NCBI GenBank assembly: GCA_043812975.1 | Contig: JBDRLP010000057.1 | Coordinates: 1-31,728 of the forward strand | DNA: 31,728 nucleotides | Direction of reading: 5' to 3' | From: Candidatus Iainarchaeum sp. | Lineage (GTDB): Archaea > Iainarchaeota > Iainarchaeia > Iainarchaeales > Iainarchaeaceae | In this document: in pieces, positions 24,532 through 31,728 of the stretch | How positions within the stretch are numbered: position 1 is the first letter of the stretch | Layout of the letters: each line of letters opens with the position of its first letter | Translations under genes and position numbers: made by a program | The notes under the pieces: model-generated | The model's database searches: none | The model's input: only the letters and a program-made list of their open reading frames with translations | What the model was told of the DNA's origin: nothing

Positions 24532-25389
24532 ATGCCGGGAAAAATAATTGATGGAAAAGCAATAGCAGATGATATACTTAAAAAACTAAAGAAAAAACTG
24601 AGTGTATGTGGTAAAATTCCCAAACTTGTTGTTGTACAGGTCGGGAAAGATCCTGCTTCTACAATTTATGTAAACAAAAAACATAAAACCTGCGAAGAAA
24701 TCGGAATAGCTTCCGAAATCAAAAGACTTCCTGAAACAATTTCTTATTCTGATTTTTTAAAAGAAATAGGAAACCTGAATAAGGATGATTCAGTAAATGG
24801 AATTCTTATACAAGTTCCTTTGCCGGAACATTTGAATCATAAACAAGTGTTTGAAACAATTGCACTTGAAAAAGATGTGGATGGTTTCCACCCATCTAAC
24901 CATGGAAAAAATCTTTTGGGAAAAAACGGAATTCAACCAGCAACTCCAAAAGGAATAATGACTTTGCTTAAAAGCACAGGAGTTGATTTTGAAGGAAAAA
25001 ACGCAGTTGTTGTGGGGAGAAGCAATATTGTGGGAAAACCAATAGCACTAATGCTGATTAATGCTGGATGTACGGTTACTGTTTGCAATAGTAAAACCAA
25101 GGATTTGAAAAGTTTTACAAAAAAAGCAGACATGCTTGTTTCTGCTGCCGGAAAATATAATCTTATTACTGAAGATATGGTGAAAAAAGGAGCAATAGTA
25201 ATTGATGTCGGAATGAACAGAAACAAAGAAGGAAAGCTTTGCGGGGATGTTGATTTTGAGAACGTTAAAAAAGTTGCTTCATGGATAACTCCAGTTCCCA
25301 AAGGAGTCGGACCTATGACAATTGCTTCATTAATGGAAAACACAGTAAAAGCGTGCAACCAACAGGGGAAATGCACATGCTTAAAATAG
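24532..25389 (+). CDS. folD: Methylene-THF dehydrogenase/cyclohydrolase
   Basis: KDVDGFHP, GRSNIVGKP and TPVPKGVGPMT motifs. Confidence 0.98.
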   Translation: MPGKIIDGKAIADDILKKLKKKLSVCGKIPKLVVVQVGKDPASTIYVNKKHKTCEEIGIASEIKRLPETISYSDFLKEIGNLNKDDSVNGILIQVPLPEHLNHKQVFETIALEKDVDGFHPSNHGKNLLGKNGIQPATPKGIMTLLKSTGVDFEGKNAVVVGRSNIVGKPIALMLINAGCTVTVCNSKTKDLKSFTKKADMLVSAAGKYNLITEDMVKKGAIVIDVGMNRNKEGKLCGDVDFENVKKVASWITPVPKGVGPMTIASLMENTVKACNQQGKCTCLK

Positions 25390-25982
25390 GCGTACTTGGT
25401 TCCACCAAAGGAACTGATTTGCAGGCTATTATAGATGCAATAGAAAACAAGGAATTAGAAGCAGAAATTGTTCTTGTTGCCTCGGATGAAAAAGATTCTT
25501 TTATTCTAGAACGTGCATCAAAGCACGAGATTGAAACTTTTTCGGCGGATTATAAAGAATTTGAAACACGAGAAGAAGCTGAAAAACCAATTATTGAAAA
25601 ACTCAGGGAAAAAGAAACTGAACTGGTTTTGTTGATTGGGTTTATGAAAATAATTTCTCCAAATTTTGTAAATGAATTCAAAGGAAGGATTTGGAATATT
25701 CATCCAAGTTTGTTGCCAAAATATACAGGAGGCATGAATAATAATGTTCATGAGGACGTTCTGAAGAACGGAGATACAGAAACTGGTTGTACTTTGCACG
25801 AGGTTTCTGAGGAAGTTGATAAAGGTAAAATAATCCTGCAAAAAAAAGTAGCTGTTGATTCTGAGGATAATGTTGATTCGCTTAAGGAAAAAGTGCAGAA
25901 ATTAGAGCAGGAGTGCTTTTTAGAAGCACTTAAAAGCGTTATTGAGGGCAAAATTATTATTGGTGAGAAAAATGAAAATTAA
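25377..25982 (+). CDS. purN: GAR transformylase
   Basis: GS.KGTDLQAI, NIHPSLLP and TGCTLH.V.E.VD.G motifs. The start is at 25371 or 25377. Confidence 0.96.
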   Translation: MLKIGVLGSTKGTDLQAIIDAIENKELEAEIVLVASDEKDSFILERASKHEIETFSADYKEFETREEAEKPIIEKLREKETELVLLIGFMKIISPNFVNEFKGRIWNIHPSLLPKYTGGMNNNVHEDVLKNGDTETGCTLHEVSEEVDKGKIILQKKVAVDSEDNVDSLKEKVQKLEQECFLEALKSVIEGKIIIGEKNEN

Positions 25983-27507
25983 AAGTGCATTAATCTCGGT
26001 TTCTGATAAAACAGGCCTTGTGGAGTTTGCAAAAGAACTTGCTTCCAACGGAGTTAAGATAATTTCTTCCGGAGGAACTTTCAAAAAACTTGAAGAAGCC
26101 GGAGTAAAAGCTGTTACTGTTGATTCAGTTACTGGTTTTCCGGAAATGCTGGATGGCAGGGTTAAAACTCTGCACCCAAAATTACACGGGGGAATTCTTG
26201 CAAAAAGAACTCCTGAACATTTGAAACAATTAAAAGAACAAAACATTGAAACAATTGATCTTGTTGTTGTAAACTTATATCCATTCAGGGAAACTATTTC
26301 AAAGGAGAATGTTTCAATTGAAGAAGCAATTGAAAATATTGATATTGGCGGACCAACAATAATTCGCGCAGCTGCTAAAAACAATGAAAGTGTTGGAGTT
26401 ATAGTTGACCCTTCACAGTATGAAAAAGTTCTTGCTGATTTGAAAAAAAATGATTTTTCTCTTTCTGAAAAAATGAAAAAAGATTTAGCAATCGAAGCAT
26501 TTGAACACACAGCATTTTATGATGCAACAATTTCTAATTATTTGAATAAAAAATTAAAAGGAAAAAAGTTTCCTCAGAAACTTACTCTTGGTTTTGAAAA
26601 AAAATCCTCACTTAGGTATGGAGAAAATCCACATCAGGAAGCAGCAGTTTATGAATCTTCTTTGAAAGAGGGTTCAGGAATAATTGATGCTGAACAACTG
26701 AACGGAAAGGAACTTTCGTTTAACAATTATAATGATACTAATGCTGCAATTGAATTATCAAAAGAGTTTGATCAAACAGCAGTTGTTATTGTAAAGCACG
26801 CAAATCCTTGTGGAGTTGCAATTGGAAAAGAACTTGAAGAAACCTTCAAGAGAGCACTTGAATGTGATTCTGAAAGTGCTTTTGGAGGAATTATTGTGCT
26901 CAATAAAGAGTGTGATTTGGCTACTGCAAAGCAGATTACTTCTTTTTTCAATGAGGTTGTTGTTGCTCCAGGGTATTCACGTGATGCTTTGGAAGAACTG
27001 AAATCAAAGAAGAATTTGCGCATATTAAAGCTTGAAAATATGGCTAAAAACCTTCAAACCCTCAATTTTAAGCATGTAAAAGGCGGTTTACTTGTTCAGG
27101 ATGAGGACAGGATTGGCTGTGAAAAGTGGGAAAATAAATCCGGAATTAAGGTTGGAAAAGAGGTTACTGATGATTTATTGTTTGGTTGGAAGGTTGTTAA
27201 GCACGTGAAGAGCAACGCAATTGTTTTAGTGAAAAATCAGGCTACTATTGGAATTGGAGTTGGGCAAACATCCAGAGTTAAGGCTGCTGAACAAGCTATA
27301 AAACAAGCAGGCAATAAAACAAAAGATTGTTCTTTAGCTTCTGATGCATTTTTTCCATTCAAAGATTCTATTGAGTTAGCTGCAAAAGCAGGAATCAAGG
27401 CAATTGTTGAACCAGGCGGTTCAGTAAAGGATGATGAAGTAATTGCAGAAGCAAAAAAGCAAAAGATTTCACTTTACTTCACTGGTGAAAGGCATTTTAA
27501 ACATTAA
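25972..27507 (+). CDS. purH: Bifunctional AICAR transformylase/IMP cyclohydrolase
   Basis: ALISVSDKTG, GRVKTLHP, IDIGGP, LRYGENPHQ, KHANPCG, ASDAFFPF and RHFKH motifs. Confidence 0.98.
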   Translation: MKIKSALISVSDKTGLVEFAKELASNGVKIISSGGTFKKLEEAGVKAVTVDSVTGFPEMLDGRVKTLHPKLHGGILAKRTPEHLKQLKEQNIETIDLVVVNLYPFRETISKENVSIEEAIENIDIGGPTIIRAAAKNNESVGVIVDPSQYEKVLADLKKNDFSLSEKMKKDLAIEAFEHTAFYDATISNYLNKKLKGKKFPQKLTLGFEKKSSLRYGENPHQEAAVYESSLKEGSGIIDAEQLNGKELSFNNYNDTNAAIELSKEFDQTAVVIVKHANPCGVAIGKELEETFKRALECDSESAFGGIIVLNKECDLATAKQITSFFNEVVVAPGYSRDALEELKSKKNLRILKLENMAKNLQTLNFKHVKGGLLVQDEDRIGCEKWENKSGIKVGKEVTDDLLFGWKVVKHVKSNAIVLVKNQATIGIGVGQTSRVKAAEQAIKQAGNKTKDCSLASDAFFPFKDSIELAAKAGIKAIVEPGGSVKDDEVIAEAKKQKISLYFTGERHFKH

Positions 27508-27645
27508 AAAAATATTTTAAAAAATAAAAAAATAAATTTACTCATTAGAACTAATTTTAAAAATAATTTAACAGAGAAATAACCAGTGCTGCTAAAAACT
27601 TCATGATTTAATAAAGCAATTCAGAATTTAAAAAAGTTACTAATG

Positions 27646-28212
27646 CTAAAAAACTTCATTTTCAGTAACAATAAGATCCATTCTCACGTCATGTGCTTTG
27701 TGGGAGATTTTTTCAACTATTTGGAATTCAAAAGCAAGACCTATTTTTTTAGCGGAAATTTTGTTGAAATTGAAAAAACGATCATAGAAACCTTTTCCCC
27801 AGCCCACGCGATTTCCTTCTTTATCAAAAGCTAATCCGGGAACAATAAACAATTCAATCTCATTAGGGGAAATAAATAATTCTTCTTTAGGTTCAAGAAT
27901 CCCCTTGTTGTTTTCAGAAAGATTTTGAAAAGAATCAATCTTAGCAAAATGCAAATGTTCATCTTTTTCTTCTTTCATAACAGGAACAAAAACATTCTTT
28001 CCGAGTTTCCAGAGTTTTTCAATAATTGGTTTTGTTTCAACTTCATTATTAACAGAAATATATACTGCAATGTTCTGGGTACTTTTTATTTCTTCAAGTG
28101 AAAAAAGATTTTCAAATATTTTTTGGCTTTTTTCACGCGCCTCAGAATCTAAAAGCTTCCTGCGCTTTCTCTTTATAAGCTCACGAAGAAAATGCTTATC
28201 CAAGAAAATCAC
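27646..28212 (-). CDS. ygfA: 5-formyltetrahydrofolate cyclo-ligase
   Basis: GILEP, VPGLAFDKEGNRVGWGKGFYDR and HDVRMD.IVTE motifs. Confidence 0.95.
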   Translation of the reverse strand: MIFLDKHFLRELIKRKRRKLLDSEAREKSQKIFENLFSLEEIKSTQNIAVYISVNNEVETKPIIEKLWKLGKNVFVPVMKEEKDEHLHFAKIDSFQNLSENNKGILEPKEELFISPNEIELFIVPGLAFDKEGNRVGWGKGFYDRFFNFNKISAKKIGLAFEFQIVEKISHKAHDVRMDLIVTENEVF

Positions 28213-29474
28213 CTCTCCAAAGCTCTTTTTCCGATATCGGTTCTGAAATGCATTTTGTTAAAATTAATCTGAGAAACACCAGTATAAGCAGTATCAATAG
28301 CGCTTTTTATATCAGAACCTAAACCAACAACACCCAAAACTCTTCCACCGCTGGTGAGAACCTTTCCGTCCTGCAACTTGGTTCCTGCATGGAAAACAAT
28401 TACATTTTCAAAAGCAGCAGCATTTTTCAAACCTTCAATAACTTCGCCTTTTTCATAAGCTTCAGGATAACCACTGGAAGCAAGAACAACGCAACAGGCA
28501 GATCCATTATCCCATTCAAGGTTAATTTCACTTAATTTACCATCAATACAAGCTTCAACAACATTGACCAAATCAGTTTTCATTCTTGGAAGAACACACT
28601 GACACTCAGGATCTCCGAACCTTGCATTGAATTCTATAACTTTTATATCAGAATTATTAATCATCAAACCAGCATAAAGAATTCCAATGTAAGGAGTTCC
28701 TCTTTTTTGCATTTCATCAACCATAGGCTGCATTATTTCTTTCTGGATTCTTTCCTCTAAACCTTCAACAACAGGTGCAGGACTATAGGCTCCCATTCCG
28801 CCTGTGTTTAATCCTTCATCATTATCAAGTACGCGTTTATGGTCTTGGGAAGAAACCATCATTTTCACGGTCTTGCCATCACAAAAACCAAGAATAGAAG
28901 CTTCTTCCCCCACAAGCATTTCTTCCACAACAACTTTATCACCTGCAGAACCAAAGGCTTTATCACCTAAAATTTTTTGCAGTGCTGCTTTGATTTCTTC
29001 TTTGGAATTGCAGAGCAAAACCCCTTTTCCCGCGGCTAAACCATCGGCTTTTACAGCGACTTTATCAAACTTTCCAAGAATTTCATCAACCTGTTCAAGA
29101 CTGGTTATTTCAACGTATTCAGCAGTAGGAACACCCGCTGCAAGCATTACTTCCTTGCAAAAAGCCTTTGAACCTTCAAGCATTGCAGCTTCCTTTTTAG
29201 GGCCAAAAACCCTTAATCCTGCATGTTCAAACTCATCAACAATACCATTCACTAAAGGTGCTTCAGGACCCACAATGGCAAGGGTAATTTGTTCTTTTTT
29301 AGCAAATTTAAGCAAAGCAGGAATATCATCAGAACTAATAGGAACATTTTCCCCTAATTCAGCTGTGCCTGCGTTTCCTGGTGCACAAAAAATCTTTTTT
29401 ACTCTAGAGCTTTGAGCAAGTTTCCAGCAAAGAGTGTGTTCTCTTCCGCCACCGCCAATAACAAGTATTTTCAT
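28209..29474 (-). CDS. purD: Phosphoribosylamine-glycine ligase
   Basis: GGGGREH, KADGLAAGKGV, NTGGMGAY and EFNARFGDPE motifs. Confidence 0.98.
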   Translation of the reverse strand: MKILVIGGGGREHTLCWKLAQSSRVKKIFCAPGNAGTAELGENVPISSDDIPALLKFAKKEQITLAIVGPEAPLVNGIVDEFEHAGLRVFGPKKEAAMLEGSKAFCKEVMLAAGVPTAEYVEITSLEQVDEILGKFDKVAVKADGLAAGKGVLLCNSKEEIKAALQKILGDKAFGSAGDKVVVEEMLVGEEASILGFCDGKTVKMMVSSQDHKRVLDNDEGLNTGGMGAYSPAPVVEGLEERIQKEIMQPMVDEMQKRGTPYIGILYAGLMINNSDIKVIEFNARFGDPECQCVLPRMKTDLVNVVEACIDGKLSEINLEWDNGSACCVVLASSGYPEAYEKGEVIEGLKNAAAFENVIVFHAGTKLQDGKVLTSGGRVLGVVGLGSDIKSAIDTAYTGVSQINFNKMHFRTDIGKRALER

Positions 29475-29559
29475 ATATTCACTATTGGAATGGAATAGGA
29501 TTAAAAGAGTATTTTTTAGGTAGAAAAAGAATTATATTGAATGAACATTTATTGTTTGT

Positions 29560-30126
29560 ATGCTTCACGGAAGACCTCGGGATAAAATTCACCAAGTCCA
29601 TGGACAAGTAATTGTCGAACACCATTCTTTTGAACCTGTGATTGATGAATTAAGCCAAAAACTAACAAACCCTAAGTATTTCAAAAGTTTACCTGATATC
29701 CGAAATCCTCCTGATTCAGAGCGGCCAGATTCCAGTGTAAGATTAGTTCAAATTGGAAAAAAGAAATATGTTATAAAGAACACTTACGGGGCAGAGGAAC
29801 ATGGACATGATTACCATAAGCTTAGACGCGATATTTTAGCACATCAGAAAGCAGTTAGAAGTAGAAAAATAAACCCTAAAAACTATAAATTAGGATCCAT
29901 AAAAGTACTCGGCAGAATAGGAAATTATTTAATAATGGAACATGTTGAAAATGTGAAATTAGATTGGGAAACTCACCAAAAAGTTACAGAAGAACTACGC
30001 GATAATTTTTTACGTTTAACACAAGAAGATCATAACCTACAGATTCCCCAAGTAGCAGACATATTGGTTTCAGGAAAAAGAGAAAATGGAAAATTTATAG
30101 TTTATTTACCTTACGATTACCATTAA
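29560..30126 (+). CDS. Orphan protein with degenerate protein-kinase-like features
   Basis: V...KKYVIK (beta3 Lys), YLIMEHV (hinge-like) and QVADILV (catalytic-loop-like); lies antisense between purF and purD. Confidence 0.7.
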   Translation: MLHGRPRDKIHQVHGQVIVEHHSFEPVIDELSQKLTNPKYFKSLPDIRNPPDSERPDSSVRLVQIGKKKYVIKNTYGAEEHGHDYHKLRRDILAHQKAVRSRKINPKNYKLGSIKVLGRIGNYLIMEHVENVKLDWETHQKVTEELRDNFLRLTQEDHNLQIPQVADILVSGKRENGKFIVYLPYDYH

Positions 30127-30127
30127 T

Positions 30128-31696
30128 TTATTCATAAGTTCTTTCGGTTTCTAAGCCTCTTTCGTGTCTATCAAGTGCTTTTACTCTGAGTTTTGTTCCC
30201 CATTCGGTTGGATATTCTCCTGTAATGCAGGCCGTGCACAAATCGTCTTTTCCGTTTTCAAGGTTAATTGATTTTACCAAACCATTAAGAGACATGTATT
30301 GTAATGAATCAACATCGATTTCTTTTGCAATGTTTTCAACAATGCTTTCATCAGCATCCTCAAAACCGGCTCTCTTTATTTGTTCCTTGGTTGAATTACG
30401 ATTAGCTATCAATTCATTAATAGTTGACATGTCAATCCCGTAAAAACAAGGACTTCTTATTGGCGGACATGAAACTCTCATGTGAATTTCTTTTGCCATA
30501 CCTTTTTCTCTCAAATACTTTACAATTGCCTGTGAAGTTGAACCTCTGACAATTGAATCATCAACAAGAATTACTTTTTTATCTTTCAAAACAGATTTGT
30601 TCAGATTAAACTTTTCCTTAATTCTAGCCATTCTGTCTTTCGTTTCAATAAAAGTTCTTCCGACATACCTGTTTCTCACCAAACCCTCCATAACAGGAAG
30701 ACCAATTGTGTGAGCATAAGCATCAGCACTTGGTTTTGCAGTATCAGGAACAGGAACAACAACCCAGTCATCACCATTAACCTCAAGTTTCTCCTGCTTT
30801 GCCAGTTCCTGTCCAAGGCGCCATCTAACCTGATAAACACTCCTGCCATCAATGACAGATGCAGCATTTGCAAAATAAACATACTCAAACATACAGTGCG
30901 CAATTCTCTTGCTTTTAGTGAACCTCTTAACTTCAACACCGCTTTTGTCAGAAATCAGCATTTCCCCGGGTTTCAAATCCTTAACCCCATTGCTTACGAG
31001 ATTTGACATTGCAACGCTTTCGGAAGCAGCACCAACAAAATCATCATCAATAACATAGCACAAAGGCCTTACTCCAACAGGATCTCTCATAGCAGTTACT
31101 GTGCCTTCAGCATCAGCGTAAACCATATTATAAGCACCATCAAACTTTTCAGAAAGATCAGCAAAAACCTTGTCTATTGGTTTTTTCTTTTCCCCTACCT
31201 GCTCCTTTTCCAAAAAATGCATTATTACCTCAGTATCAAGGTTTCTCACCAAATGATATTGTTTGTTTTCAAGTTCTTTTTTTAATTCAGAAAAATTAGC
31301 CAAATTTCCATTAAATGCAAATGAAAACCACTTCCATTTTCTTCCATGGTGTCTTTCAAAAGGCTGAGTAGAACCAATATCATCTCCACCAGAAGTACTA
31401 TACCTTACATGACCAATTCCTTTGGTTCCTGAATACTTTTGTAAAATAGCTCTTGATTTTGGTATTATTTTAGTTGAAAAAGCTTCTGAAACAGAACCTC
31501 TTTTTCTGAAAGTATCAATCAATTGTTTTCTTTCTTCATTATAAGTAGTAATTCCAGTAGCCAATTGTCCTCTGTTCTGCATTTGAAGAAGCATTTTGTA
31601 AAGATAATAAGAAGCTCCACCAATAGGATATTTGTCAAGTTTTTTTGGCAAATAGACTGCAGCAACACCGCATTCGTCTTTAACTTCACCAGACAT
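30128..31696 (-). CDS. purF: Amidophosphoribosyltransferase (propeptide/Fe-S type)
   Basis: N-terminal propeptide ..DE|CG, GHVRYST, VDDSIVRGST, PCFYGID and LCTAC motifs. Confidence 0.97.
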   Translation of the reverse strand: MSGEVKDECGVAAVYLPKKLDKYPIGGASYYLYKMLLQMQNRGQLATGITTYNEERKQLIDTFRKRGSVSEAFSTKIIPKSRAILQKYSGTKGIGHVRYSTSGGDDIGSTQPFERHHGRKWKWFSFAFNGNLANFSELKKELENKQYHLVRNLDTEVIMHFLEKEQVGEKKKPIDKVFADLSEKFDGAYNMVYADAEGTVTAMRDPVGVRPLCYVIDDDFVGAASESVAMSNLVSNGVKDLKPGEMLISDKSGVEVKRFTKSKRIAHCMFEYVYFANAASVIDGRSVYQVRWRLGQELAKQEKLEVNGDDWVVVPVPDTAKPSADAYAHTIGLPVMEGLVRNRYVGRTFIETKDRMARIKEKFNLNKSVLKDKKVILVDDSIVRGSTSQAIVKYLREKGMAKEIHMRVSCPPIRSPCFYGIDMSTINELIANRNSTKEQIKRAGFEDADESIVENIAKEIDVDSLQYMSLNGLVKSINLENGKDDLCTACITGEYPTEWGTKLRVKALDRHERGLETERTYE

Positions 31697-31728
31697 AACA
31701 ACAATTAGATTGAATTAGAGAGAGAATA

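Noticed and set aside
531..31708. Antisense and alternate-frame ORFs in the track (e.g. 2443-3009, 16671-17129, 24933-25376, 25920-26510, 28804-29415, 22846-23211)
   Set aside because: They are shadows of better-supported genes, with no motifs or expression signals.

Overview
AT-rich archaeal chromosomal segment. It has TATA/BRE promoters, GGTGA-type ribosome-binding sites and the archaeal markers dph5, DUF63, DUF357, trm5, scpA and porGDAB. A DPANN archaeon such as Diapherotrites/Iainarchaeota is most plausible, but that assignment is inference. The housekeeping content is a SAH/adenosine recycling block (trm5-adk-pfkB-ahcY), a 2-oxoacid:ferredoxin oxidoreductase operon, and a large de novo purine/folate-C1 cluster (purF, D, N, H, M, B, C, E, A, glyA, folD, 5-formyl-THF cyclo-ligase). 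The most unusual structure is at 1-2354: a tandem array of small gene cassettes (hicBA, a membrane-protein gene, corA) directly downstream of scpA. The cassettes are separated by orphan copies of the last codons of scpA (FFGEIFLSLN and variants, with synonymous changes and the same breakpoint). Two cassettes share a 60-bp non-coding arm. This looks like an integron-like array built by repeated integration into the scpA 3' end. Three other insertions (vapBC, a basic orphan ORF, a 93-bp palindromic element in the por operon) carry 18-20-bp direct repeats that duplicate a shared TATA box or an RBS plus start codon, so host expression is preserved. Six orphan ORFs with Arg/Lys-rich N-termini, one of them kinase-like, are interspersed among the housekeeping genes.
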